A DNA stretch of 64,000 nucleotides from Camelus dromedarius (taxonomy: Eukaryota), in the NCBI RefSeq assembly GCF_036321535.1, contig NC_087436.1, forward strand, positions 84,756,001-84,820,000, in the 5' to 3' direction. Positions 39,258 to 51,300 of the stretch are shown here, in pieces. The position numbers were made by a program, and so were the translations under genes. How positions within the stretch are numbered: the stretch's first letter is position 1; the number at the start of each line of letters is the position of its first letter. Below the pieces are notes generated by a model. The model searched no databases, was not told the origin of the DNA, and was given only the letters and a program-made list of their open reading frames with translations.

Positions 39258-39370
39258 CTGAAAAGTTTTTCTACCAAAGGTAAACACTCCACTGTCAGAG
39301 TCTGGCGGTATCCCAACTGATCCAGCCTTTTCCTAATATTAACATACTTTCTTTCCGCAGCTGTAGTCAT
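39258..39370 (-). CDS. CEP135: CEP135 exon 2 coding part (113 nt; full exon 39258-39415 with 45 nt 5'UTR)
   Basis: ATG at 39370-39368 (AAGATGA); MTTAAERKYVNIRKRLDQLGYRQTLTVECLPLVEKLF(S); acceptor TTTTAG|GAC at 39416/39415; donor CAG|GTAAAG. Confidence 0.96.
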
Positions 39371-39599
39371 CTTATCTTCCAAAACTAGTTTTATTCACGT
39401 CCAAAAATTAAAGTCCTAAAAGAAAAAGGTGAAACATCATTCAATTATTAGCTATTATTATTATTTCATGCTAAAAGAAAAGATTCGTTTAATATGAAGC
39501 AATGTTTTTTTGTTTCTTTTCAGGTAGGCAGCCTTCTGGAATATTTAGATAGATTTAAATCCAATGCTTATGATATTTATGTTGCTGCACTAAAATAAG

Positions 39600-40690
39600 T
39601 ATCTCCTCATAAACCTGTACATTAAAGTTAAAACAATAAAGCTTCTAGAAGGAAAAAAAGCCGGAGATAGGCAGAGAACACTGAGAGGCCTTTTTTAACA
39701 GCATTAAATATAAAAGAAAAATTTGATAAATCGGACTTCTTCACATTTAAAATGTCTAGTCATCAAAATACACTCTTTTGTTTGACAAAACAAAAACAAA
39801 AGGAGAAAATACTCATAATATCTAACAAAGGATTTGTACATGGAATATAGGAAGAACTCTTAAGATTCAATAATAAAGACAACCGAATAAGAAAACGGGC
39901 CAATATTTGCAAAAGATATGTGATGAGAATAATCATGTGAAAAGGTGCTTAACACCATGAGACATCAGGGAAACACAAATTAAGCCACCATGGGATACAA
40001 CTTCGCCCATACTAGTCTGGCTAAAATTAAAGGCACAATACCAAATGTTGCCAAGGATTTGGAGTTACTGGAATCTTCACATTGCTGACAGGAGTGTAAA
40101 ACCCCTGTGGAAAAAGTCTGGCAGTTTCTTATAAAGTTAAGCATACTTCTATCCTGTGATTCTGTAATTCTATTCCGAAGTATTTACTCAAGGAAATGAA
40201 AATAAACATCTACAAGGAGACTCTACAAGAATATTCATAGCAGCTTTATTCATAATAGCCCCAAACAGGGAACAACCTATGTATCTATCAACAGTAGAAG
40301 AAAAAATAAACTATACATATTTATACAATGTAATACTACTCAGGAATAAAAGGGACGTGTATCAGTAGTTATACACCCATGATACAACCACATGGATGAA
40401 TTTTAAAAACATCACTTGAGCAATAGAAGCCACATACATGTACTGTATGATTTCATTTATATGAAGTTTAAGGACAGGCAAAATTAAACTATGTGAACAG
40501 AAATCAGAACAGCAGTCACCTAGGGCTGTGGGGGTGGTGGAGATTGACTGGAAGGGCTAAGAGAGAACTTTCTGAAAATATTGTGCTGATGGGGATAGAG
40601 ATTACATCCGTGTATACATTTACCAAAGCTTTTCAAATAGCACACTTAAGATCTGTGCATTTCACCACATAAATTTTACGTAGATTTTTA
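39600..40690 (+). mobile_element. Old L1M 3' fragment in intron 1
   Basis: aaagcttctagaagg; caagaatattcatagcagctttattcataatagcccc; cacacttaagatctgtgcatttcac. Confidence 0.8.
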
Positions 40691-42141
40691 GATTAAAAAA
40701 AGCCACACACCACACACACAAGAAAGGCATACTGCTCATGCTCTCCAATTTAGAAGACATGCATTTGTATGAACACATGCACAATTGGATCCTGGCAACT
40801 ACTCTATGAGGGAGACAGAGTGGAGGACATCCTCCTTCCTCAAAGATGAGGAAAGGCTGCCTCAAGAGAGTAACTTTTCTTAAAACACAGGGCCACAAAG
40901 GGATGGGCAATCAGGTCTCCTGAGTCCTGATCCTCTGGTTTCTGTACTCTGCCGCCTCAACCTACCAAATTACTCCTGGGTTAGCACCTGTTTGATTACT
41001 CCTTTCTACAAACACTTCCTTCTCCACACTCCTGCAAGCCTCTTCTCTGAATCGCGTCCCCATTCTATAATAGGTTCTTTCTAGGTTCTTTCCACAAGAG
41101 GGACCTGACTGATGCAGGGTGTTGAAGAGAAACTCCTGGAGACATCAGCAACGCACCTGTCAAACCAAGAACTAGCAGGGCCTCACCACCGAAACGTTTC
41201 TCCTTTTTTGTCTGATACCAACTTTGCTTACCCAGAAATGATACTTCCTCCCATCTTTCTGAGGAAGAGAATATGAATATGAATCAAAAAAATCATCAAC
41301 ACACAGGGCAGATGAAGATTAAAATCCTCCCAAGGACAAAAAACATGCTATTACGCTTTCTCCACCCATGAGCCGCTGTCCCCCGCAACCCCCCACCCCC
41401 ACCCCCACCATCCAAACATTGTGACTATCCTTAAAGTTTCTAGCAAAGCAACATAAAAGGTTAGGTTTGGAGATCCTCCACGCATACTTATTTAGAACGA
41501 TCCACCTGCTTAACTCTGGGGGGGGGGGGGTGATGTCTGAAAGCTAGTACATCTTACTTTTACAAAAGTATCCTGTGTATATACATGCACAGAGGCTAAA
41601 CAAACAAGTAAACAACAACAACAACAAAACAAAACTCCAAACCAACCCTAACTGAGGTTATCTCGGAGTCCTTCCTTATCGAACTAAAAGTAGTAAAGAG
41701 TGGAAGGCAGAGGGGATGTTTACTAAGGTGCCGGCCAGAAGTTAGTAAATGGTTCTCGTCCTACGCTTTGGGGCACTTTTATTTTTATCGAGTCTGTACG
41801 ATTCTTACAGGAAGAAGGCATTTTAACTTTTAAATCAACCCATCAGTCAGTAGCAGGCGGGCTGCAGGGACCGCACCGACGCCCGTGGCGAGCGGGGCAG
41901 GAGGAACCCCGGGATCCCGCAGCCCCAGGCCGACCTCCGGGCCGCAACTCCACGGTCGGGTGTTGAAGGGAAGCGGGTGTCGGCAGCGGGGCCGGCAGGG
42001 AGTCTCCCGCCCGCCCGGGCCCCACTTCCTCCCGCGGCCGCGCGGCCGCCCTCCCGGCAGCGCCCGGGCCCGGCCCGCGGGAACCGCCCGGGAGGCGGAG
42101 GCGCCGCCCCGCCCGGCCCTCCCGCCCCGCGGCGTGCTCAC

Positions 42142-42260
42142 CCGAAGCCCCGGCCGCCGCTCCCTCCGCCTGCAGTCGCATCGCCCCTTGCGCCTCGCCT
42201 CCCTCGCTGGCTCCTTCCGCCCCAGAAACCGGCTCCGGAGCCAGGACAGTTTGAAAATGG
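42142..42260 (-). other. CEP135: CEP135 non-coding exon 1 (5' end uncertain)
   Basis: Inside the CpG island; good donor TCGG|GTGAGC with GT at 42141-42140. Exon 2 has an acceptor upstream of its ATG, so an upstream exon is required. Confidence 0.7.
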
Positions 42261-42262
42261 CG
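42250..42262. promoter_or_regulatory. CHR element (TTTGAA) overlapping a YY1-like motif (AAAATGGCG)
   Basis: TTTGAA at 42250-42255 is the only AT-rich patch in the island core; AAAATGGCG at 42254-42262. A second YY1-like GAGATGGCGGC lies at 42362-42372. Confidence 0.5.
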
Positions 42263-42301
42263 CGGAGAGACGATCCGGGCCGGCGCGGAGGAGGCGCCGC
42301 G

Positions 42302-42315
42302 GTTGCCCCGGTAAC
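42302..42315. promoter_or_regulatory. RFX X-box
   Basis: GTTGCCCCGGTAAC fits the consensus GTNRCC-N(0-3)-RGYAAC exactly. Confidence 0.65.
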
Positions 42316-43901
42316 GGGAGCCGCAGACGATTCGCCGCGGGCGGCGGGGACTCGCGGGACAGAGATGGCGGCGCTGGGCCCCGGTGCCCGGAAACGCAAC
42401 GGCCCCTACCGCGCGGGGGCACGGCGCCCCCTGGCGGCCGGCAAACCCCGAACCTCAGCGGGTGTCAGAGACTGGGGCCTCCTCTTCGTCGGGTGCCTTG
42501 ACCTTCTGGGCGCGGGGTTAAAACGCTGCCCAGCCCTGGTCCCTGCTGCGGCTTAGCCTTCACCTGCTAGGTGCACGCCAATTCACCACGTAAACTCCAG
42601 CTTAAATATTCCAATTGCCGTTGCAACTTTCCCTGACAAGCACCCAATACCATTAACTGTTGCTTCCACACCCATGTCCCCATAAAGATGTGCAGACCCT
42701 TATATTACACCCTTTCCATTACGATGAGTAAAACATTGTATTTTGATCCCATGAGTTATAACTCAAGTCGTCAAAACTTAATTATTTATTTGTATGTCTC
42801 TCCCTGCCACCCCACCAACTGTGAATTCCTTGAGTCAGAGATTATTTTACTCAGCTATGTTTTTCTAACACCAACCGCAATAAACATTTGTGAATGCAAT
42901 TAAATGTAAATCAACTTGTTATAGAGAGCTTGCTCACATACAGAAAACACATGGTCAAATCCTAGAATTGCATTTCTTCCGTGAAAACTTTTAGATGATC
43001 AGAGAGGAGCTTGTTTCCTACTTTTTTGTTTACTACTCTCCCAAGTAGGACTTCCATTCTGAAAATGTTCTTCCATCTTTGCATTATCACTTAACTGCTC
43101 TGTGAGTTGTAAATAACTTTGTACCCATTTTTCCATTGTGTGTGCCTTGTCTATTTTCCCACGTGCTTTAGTAAGTTGTTTTATGGAATTTCTAGGAGGC
43201 AATGAGTTAGGTTCTGTAGATGGTTTTTGTAGTCTTGAACGGGTAAAATTAAACACACTTTTGCTGATGTGACAAATATCTTTTTTGAGCCAAAAATAAA
43301 TTCGTATCATAGCAAAGTGGCTATGCAATAGCCGTCCAGTCCAGATGACACTTTGGCTGGCTTCTCTTTGCCCCAAACACATAGGAATTAGAAAATGTAA
43401 AAACCAAAATCAAAGAAATTCAGAAAGGCGAGTGGGACCCTGAAGTAACAGGCCAGTTTTGCTCCAGGTGACATGGAAGGCCAGAGTCAGACTCGCAGCT
43501 GGACTGACTCCAAGGTCTAAGGTCGAGATACCTGGTGCACCCCCCCCCCCCCAGGTCCTAGTCTCTGAGCAAGTGGTAGGGCTGGGGAGGCAGAAGGAAA
43601 CAGAAACTGAGCCTGCTCTGGGCTTTCTAGTTCTCCAAAACCACCAGAGGACAGGAGCTCTGAATTGTGGGGCAATCCTGGTGGGGCCACCCTCAGAACT
43701 GACAATTAAGAGGAGGGAAAGCCAGATGCAGAGAGAAAAAGAAATAACCTTTCACTGAAAATGAGCTTGCAAATCAAATACAAAGAAGAAATCCAGTGCT
43801 AATGAAGATAGTCAACAAAATAAAACATCAAAACATGAATTCTCTGTACTTGAAGATTCTGATGAAACCTTTAAAATGAGTATGTGTAACGTGATCTAGA
43901 T

Positions 43902-44117
43902 CAAGGTTTCTCAACCTAAGTACTTTTGACATTTTGGGCTGAAAAATTCTTTGTCTCAGAGGACCTGTCCTGTGTATTGCAGAATGCTTAGTGGCATTCC
44001 TGGCTTCCACCCACTAGATGCCAGTAGCATCTGCCAAGTTGCGACAACCAAAAATCTCCGCAGACATTGCCAGCTGTTCCTTCCAGAGGCAAAATCACCG
44101 CTGGTGGAAAACCACTG
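43902..44117 (+). mobile_element. MER20 nested in old L1M 5' sequence
   Basis: caaggtttctcaacc...ggtggaaaaccactg; 8-bp TSD atctagat / gtctagac. Confidence 0.85.
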
Positions 44118-44421
44118 GTCTAGACAGGTGGAAGGAAGCACTGCTATCAGAAAGAATAAGAATTATTAAATGAAACAAGAACAGATGTATATGAAAGGGA
44201 ACCAAACGGAAGATTTGGAAATTAAAAATATAGTCATCAAAATTAAAAAAGTTATCAGGTGGGATGAACTGTAGATTAGGCACAGTTAAAAGAATTAGAA
44301 AAAAAAAGAATTAGAGAATTTACCTAGAACCCAGTGCAGACAAAGAAATAAAATATATTTTAAAAGCAATTAAGAAATACAGACAATAGCTTCAGAGACT
44401 CGAGGAAGGCAGAAGAAGGGA

Positions 44422-44958
44422 TAGTAGGCAGACCCCGCAAAGATGTCCAGATCCAAATCCCTGGAACCTATGAATATGTTACATTTCATGGCAAAAGAGA
44501 CTTTGCAGATATAATTAAGGTAGTTAAAGGCCTTGAAATAGGGAGTGTCCGAGATTTTCCAGGTGGGTCCAATGCATTTGCACAAACCCTTAAAAGCAGA
44601 GATGTGTGAGCAGGACTTGACTGCTGTTGCTGGTTGGAAGATGGAGGGTGCAGTGTGATGGGGAATGCAGGGATCCTAGGAGAGCTCAAGGAGGTTAACA
44701 GCCAGCAGGGAATCGTGGACCTCAGCCCTCCAGCAACAGGAAACTGAATTCCTGCCAACAACCTGAGTGAGCGTGGAAGCAGATTTCTTCCCCTGTTCTC
44801 TTACCTGCAGATACAATCCTAGGGTGCTGATACCTTGATTTTGGCAGCAGAGCCCACCTGGACTTTTGACCTACAGAACTATGAGATAATAAATTTGTGT
44901 TGTCTTAAGCTGCTAAGTTTATGGTGACTTGTTACTGTAGGAAGAGAAAACTAATTCA
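44422..44958 (+). mobile_element. MLT1D-like MaLR solo LTR
   Basis: aaagatgtcc...atccctggaacctatgaatatgttac...acctacagaactatgagataataaatttgtgttg...aaaactaattca. Confidence 0.8.
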
Positions 44959-45433
44959 TCAGAGAAGAAATGTTTAAAGAGATCATTGTTAAGAGTTTCC
45001 CAGAACTGAATCAAAGTACAAATCTTCAGATAAAAATTTTGCATCTTTCTAATTAGAGATGGCAAGTTAAATGTATATATTAGCTTCAGACTCTCTCCCT
45101 GCCTCCTTCATCCTTCTAAAATATCAGTAAAGGAATTTTAAAGATACACTTAAAAAGGCTTGAGAACAAAGTGAATGGTAGAGGAGATAAGAGCAATAAA
45201 ATTTGGTGACTGGCAAGCAGCTGGACAGCTAGAAATTGACTTCTCAGCCTTGAAAAATTTGAATCCCAGTCAGCAATGGGAAAAGGTAAGAAGCAACCTA
45301 ACTACTCTGCAGAAACCCCAAAAGCCCAGGGACTGGTGGCACCATGTAGCCCTGAAGGGGCTAACAGCAGTAGAGTTGGTTTTGGTGGAGTGTTTTTTAT
45401 TGTCTTGCTCCATAGGAAATCTTGAGCTGGTTC

Positions 45434-46095
45434 TGTAACGGAGTAGGACCGTACAGGGCCTTCCCAGAACAGACGTCCCCCACCACCATGTCCTCTGCCT
45501 GCCTCTGGTCAGTAGAAAAACTTTAGGCAAAGGATAAATTTAATCAGAGACATAAGAAAATGCAGAAACAAAAGAAAACAGTCAAACAAGACAAAACAAT
45601 AGTTCCTCCTCAAGAGCTATAGATAATATTTTGAGCCATATTCTTTGAGCTGTTTTATAGATACTGAAACCCTCACCAAATGGAAATTAACTACATGATG
45701 ACCAGACTGTAGCCATGACATAAGCTGCTCCGTCTTGCACATTTCCAAGAATTAGCCTCAAGGAAATGGGAACAAACTGACTCTGGAACTGAAGAGTAAC
45801 TATACTTAAAACAACCAAGATGTCACTGATCAGACCACTGCATGACCAATTTCAAGATGACTGTCGGAGCTGTTCTGCATGTAGTCCCCTCCCTCTGCCT
45901 ATTCAGTCCTGAAACTCCCCTTTAAAAACTCTTGCCCCCTGATTGGCAGCAGGGAGTTGGTTCTTTGGAACATTAGTCCACTTCCTCCCCAGGCTTGCCA
46001 GCTTCTGTAATAAAGCTGTCTTTCCTTTTATCTAACACTTGTCTCTCAGTATTGGGTTCTTGAATGATGAGCAGCCGAGCCTGAGTTTGGTAACA
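45434..46095 (+). mobile_element. ERV1-type solo LTR (662 bp)
   Basis: TGTAAC...GGTAACA termini; TATA-like tttaaaaa; AATAAA at 46009-46014; 4-bp flanks gttc/gttg. Confidence 0.8.
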
Positions 46096-46464
46096 GTTGC
46101 ATGTAGTTTCACCTTAACCAGCAGTAGCTGCTTTGCTCCACTCATCTTCATTACCTCATTACAGGTCCGCCAGCAGGCTGCATCAGTTCCAGGCTGAGCA
46201 AACTCTGTGGGTACAGATACGCATTATTCATGCTGGACATCAACAAGCTATTTGCTGGCTGCTGCAAATGTGCGGCCCTCTCCAGACGATAACGAGAAAG
46301 ACAGCTGTGAAAGCTCCTAGACACAGGGCTATACGTGCACAGACTACCCTGTCTCCCAGAGGCCCCTTGGCACTTGCTTGCTCGGTGCGTGCGATGTGCA
46401 CGGCAGGGGTTTCCTAGCCTCTGTTCTTTGGTACTGATCCTATTCAGTCCATCTAGTCGCTCCT

Positions 46465-46928
46465 CTACTTTTAGTTTCCTCTGGCTGCCATTATAAATGA
46501 TCACAAACTGGGTGGCTTTACACAACAGAAATGTATCCTCTCACAGTTCTGGAGGCCAGAAGTCTAAAATCAAGGTGTCATCAGGGCTGCCCTCCCCCTA
46601 GAGGCTCTGGGGAGAGGCCTTCCTTGCCTCTTCCAGCCTCTGGTGACCATTGGCATTCTTTGGCTCCCTAGGCTTGTAACATCACTCCAGCTTCTACCTC
46701 CATCTCTCTGTATTAGTCAAATCTTCCCTGTGTGTCTTGTATAAAGACACTTATCATTGCATTTAGGACCTACCCAGAAAATCCAGATGGTCCCCTCATC
46801 TCAAGATCCTTAACTGACTTACATCTGCTAAGATCCTTTTCTCAAATAAGGTAACATTTGCTGGTTCTAAGGATTAGGATGTGGACATATATCTAATGGG
46901 TGGGGGGGCTACCATTCAACCCACCACA
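46465..46928 (-). mobile_element. MLT1C-like MaLR LTR
   Basis: ctctcacagttctggaggccagaagtctaaaatcaaggtgtc...accattcaacccaccaca. Confidence 0.8.
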
Positions 46929-47569
46929 CTCCCCTAGTTTTGACATTTTTGTTTAGTCTGGGTGAGCAGGAAGATAAACCTCCATGTCATATATCCTGTG
47001 GAGCCTTACCCTTGCAGAAAGCTTTTTCATTTTTTGTTTCCTCCTTTCTTCCTCCCATACTCCCTCCCTTTTTGTTTCACTTAAAAGCTGAGAACTTTCT
47101 ATCTGTGTTTATTTGTTTAGTTATGGCTGGGGTGGGAGAGGGATGGAGAGGGCTGTCCAGGTACAAGTGAAAGAATTCAATGAAGTGTAAACGCATTATT
47201 CTGCCATTGATGTATAATGAACTAGAGCAGCCCAGCAAAATGTAAGATAGCATCTCATTGGAAGTGAGATTATAAAGCCAGCCTACAGGGCAAATATCGT
47301 ATATTACAGAATACATATTTTTAAACACTAGATCACATTCTAAGTGACTAGATGCTGAGTTTCTAACAGGCATAAGGAAATTGCATCTGACTGAGTGAGC
47401 GGCAGAATTTCATCTTCCGTCTCAATTTCCTCTGGGGAGCATAAAGCAAAACAGTGGGCAAAGCCATTTAGATTATTCAGATTGTGTTTTTCCTTTCCAT
47501 TTTTATATTTCTTGTCTGAGAGCATTTTGCTGAATGTAAGTGAGTGCTTTGGGATAAAACTCTATACAC

Positions 47570-48004
47570 TGTTATGGGTTGAAGGGTGTCCTGCCCAAAA
47601 TTCATATGTTGAAGTCCTAACCACCTCAGAACATGACATCATTTGGAAATAAGGTCATTGTAGTTGTAGTTGGTTAAGATGAAGTCATACTGGTGTCATA
47701 TTGGCCTCTAATCCGATATGCCTGGTGTACTTATAAAAAGAGCACATTCTGTGAAGAGAAAGAGACACATACAGAGGAAGGACAATAGGAAGACACAGGG
47801 AGAATGCCATCTACAAGGGATGCCAAACACTCCACCAGAAGTTAGGAGAGCAGCAGGAAAGAGGTCCATCCTCACAGCCCTCAGAAGGAACCAGCCCTGC
47901 CAACACCTCGACCTCAGATGTCTAGCCTCCAGACAATAAATTTCTGTTGTTTGAGCCTCTCAATTTGTGCTACTTTGTTACTGCAGTCCTAGCAAACTGA
48001 CACA
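47570..48004 (+). mobile_element. MLT1B-like MaLR LTR
   Basis: tgttatgggttgaa...aaaattcatatgttgaagtcctaacc...caataaatttctgttgttt...cctagcaaactgacaca. Confidence 0.8.
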
Positions 48005-48245
48005 TATCTGTTTAAGTACCAGTTGATGGCACAGAATAAGTGTCTTAGGAATTCATAAAAGGAAAAAAAATATCCTCTGAGGACAAGAGCAACCACTCGA
48101 GTTTCACGGTGCAGACGGAACTTGGAGTTGAACCTTGAAACAACTAAAACTTGGACACATAGAAAAGAGGGAGAGACCACTTCCAAGCTCTCTCTTTGTG
48201 TCTGTTGGCAGGCTGCACACCCACTGTCACTTCTTCCTTAATCAC

Positions 48246-48317
<72 letters not shown>
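48246..48317. repeat. (CAT)24 perfect trinucleotide microsatellite
   Basis: Direct count; lies within an old MLT1-like fragment. Confidence 0.95.
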
Positions 48318-48318
<1 letters not shown>

Positions 48319-51300
48319 TATTCCTTTGAAGCAAGCCACTCAGCCAGCCTACATTCAAGGAGAGGAGAATTATACCCCACCTGCTGAAAGGAGCAGTAGC
48401 AAAGAATTGGTGGATATACCTTAAAACCACTGCATTCCCAACAGAGAATGAAACCAGGTCAACATGGGTAGGTTTAAGCTAGATGATGTACTGAGAGCTA
48501 TGTTGTCTGTATAACTACCAGCCTCCCAAAGATGCTTATTTGCTAGTCCTTGGCTTGGTGTCTCTGAGACTCAATTATTTGCCATCTCCTTGAGCAGGAA
48601 TTGACAGAGAAAGGGAATTGAATCCTGCCAGCTGAGCCACTAAAGCTGATTTAATTGGAGTTAGGATTGTCAAGCAAAGGGAGCAAATGTGATTTAGATG
48701 TTAGGTTCCTGGGCTGAAGAAAAGTTAACAGTTCAGATTCAGGGTGAAATAGATGGTAGTATCTGGAAGTCAGGCCACCACCAGAATCAATGCTGGGTCC
48801 CTCCAGCCCACTGGCTTAGACTTGAGTCAGCTTTCCCACCCAAGAAGCCACTTCTCAATAAAGTCAGGAACATCTGGGAATTAGAAATGTTGATCTGTGC
48901 TTGATTGCCCCTCTACATCCAGTGTGCAGGTTAATTCCGTGGGTCCCTTGTCCTGGGCTTCCTAATGGAAATGTGTTCTTAAAGAGAACAAGTCCTGCCT
49001 TCAACCTCAAAACAAACTTAGATGAGGCTTGCCAGTTCCAAACATTCTTAGTGAACGTCTACTATGTTTCTGGCATCCATGCCCAACCAAATTTTTAGAG
49101 ATTTCAGACATCTTAAAGATGCAAATTCCTGTTTGGATTTATACTCTTATCTCTTTGTCCCATATTCTTATCTGTAGCCTTGTTTGCTTTAGGGTATGCT
49201 TGAATTAGAAGCATTGCTGTTGAGGCAGCTTGTTAAAAAAAAAAAAAGGTACTTCTTTCACAAGCCAGGAACTCATGTTTAAAGCACCTTCAAATGAATT
49301 TTGTTTTTCCTTCTGATTTCGAGATGGAGTCAAAACAGATGGTTTTTTTTTTTTTCTTCCTTTGGGTTACCAGCTCTTTTGGACTCTCAGACATGACTGT
49401 CCCAGTTCAAATATTTCCATTAGAATGCAGCCTGCTGGTTGTGTGGGCTTCATTCGAGAGTCCACCACTCAGCCAGTGCATAACGATCATCTGCTTTGAA
49501 TCAAAGCAACTGTGTTAAGGGGCTCATGGTGTTGGCAGCAAATCCCAGAAACAGAATCTTTTTCCATTCTCGCCATCTGTAATGCTTGATAGGGTATCAG
49601 GTACCTTGGCTGTTTGCGGCCAGGGCACTCAGCCCTTTGCACCCCCCTTTAGAGAGGAGGACCCACTGCCTTTCTCTACCTGGTTCGGAACTTCCCCTTC
49701 TCCGCACATTTCTGGGCTACATGCATATGCACAGCTATATATTAACCTGTGAAACCTAGTCACTTGCCCACATCATCAGTGCCACAGCTACCAAATATAC
49801 CCTGAGCAGCTTGTTAATTCTATAAACAACATCTGGGAAGGGGTGTTTTTTTTTTTGTTTGTTTTTTGTTTTTTTTTTTTTAAAGAAGCATTCTTTAAAA
49901 TTGCACTCTTTGAGAGTGCAATTTCTGTCTGGATTTTGAAGGGGGCATGGTTACACATCCCTCCCCTTCAACTCCCAGGTCTTGACCTCCATTTCTTACT
50001 GAAGACTCTAAGGATGATTGATACATACTAGATTTAAAAAAAAAAAATAATCCTTCAGGTCACCTTTCCCACCCTCTGGAATTTAAATTTCTTTCTGTGG
50101 GCTGGTGCTGGAGATAGATACCTTTTGACAAGGCTTAGATTTAGGAGAAGGCTTTAGAGTCCCTGTTCAGATGACCTGTAGCGCAGCCCTGGCAAACTAG
50201 CCAGTGTGAATGCCCAGTGGAAAATGTTACCAAGATGAAACGCATTTTCCAGGCTATTTAAACTCTCACCCTGCCCCCTTTCCAAGAGTGGGAGGCTGGC
50301 AGAGAGATGCTGCGATGCTTGGTAATCATTTGGCCACAATGAAATTTCCAAAGGGAACTCTTGCCAGTGCTTAAAATCCAAATCCCTGGACACTTCAAAC
50401 TTAGAGAATTCCATGAATCTAGCACAGAATACCCATTCTTGCTCCAGAGTACCCCCTTCCTCTCGATCTTAATGTTAAAATAAAACAAAACAAAGCAAAA
50501 CCCCGAGCCCAGGTTAAAAGTACTTTTCGCTTGAAACCAGAAGGGTTGGGGAGGAACACTGTCGAGATAAGGGGCAGGCTGTGCAGGTGGGCCATCCTGC
50601 TCCTGGGGTCTGTATCCCAATCACTGAGGGCTGTGAGCCACTGCCTCTCCTTCACCTGAAGATGGAGTCCATTTCTTTCCACCTGGGTGAGGAGACCCTC
50701 TGCTCCCACAGGGGTTAACCTTAAAGGCATCTTGCAGAGCCTAGAGGACACTCACATATTCAGGTGTTCATTTTAGGCATCTTTTAAATATTTTATGTAA
50801 TTTTTTAAAAATGCTCTTTCCTGTACCAGTGCCACCAGTGGCCCAGGTCCATCCATTCTGAATGGAAATGCAGAGAGTGCCAGTACTTTCCTTGATCTTT
50901 CCTTCATCTCCTTTGATGTGGAGATTCCCTTCTCCCTCCCATCCATTTCCTGGTTGTGGGTGGATAGTGAGGTCACCACTGATTCCCTAATCAGTTTTTT
51001 GTGTGTCTTGTTTTTGTAATTGTCCTTCCAAACCAGAAGATGTGTGGAAATTAGGGAAAACATTAAATTCTTACCAATGGTTGCTATTATATTAAATAAA
51101 ACCTTGAGTATTAAAAAAAGAGAGAGAGAGAGAGCACATGCAAGAGAGAGATTTAAGGAGAGGAGAAAAGGAGGAGAGGGGATAACATGATGGGAAAGAT
51201 GTTTATGTGGAAGCATAATGATTGCTTCAGTAATAACAAAGGCAGCAATCTGATGGGAACAGGCATGAGCACAGTGGTCAGATGATGACAAGACTGGAAA

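Larger units (their letters stand above)
1..42260 (-). other. CEP135: CEP135 gene, 5' part (exons 1-15); continues beyond window start; TSS position approximate
   Basis: Fourteen GT-AG exons splice into one open frame starting MTTAAERKYVNIRKRLDQLGYRQTLTVECLPLVEKLFSDLVHTTESLR, recognisable as centrosomal protein 135. Cumulative CDS is 2009 nt with consistent intron phases. Confidence 0.97.
41850..42560. promoter_or_regulatory. CpG island / CEP135 promoter
   Basis: Abrupt very GC-rich, CpG-dense block in otherwise AT-rich, CpG-poor DNA; GC boxes; overlaps the exon 1 donor. Confidence 0.93.

Noticed and set aside
39390..39395. AATAAA in the 5'UTR part of exon 2
   Set aside because: Inside an internal exon close to a donor, with no GU-rich downstream element; likely chance.
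41830..42556. Multiple long overlapping ORFs (189, 223, 174, 112 aa)
   Set aside because: Stop-codon depletion in a CpG island; low-complexity Arg/Pro/Gly/Ala peptides in several frames.
48135..48387. Poly-His and poly-Ile ORFs
   Set aside because: Translation of the (CAT)24 microsatellite in different frames; no true ATG start and no exon context.
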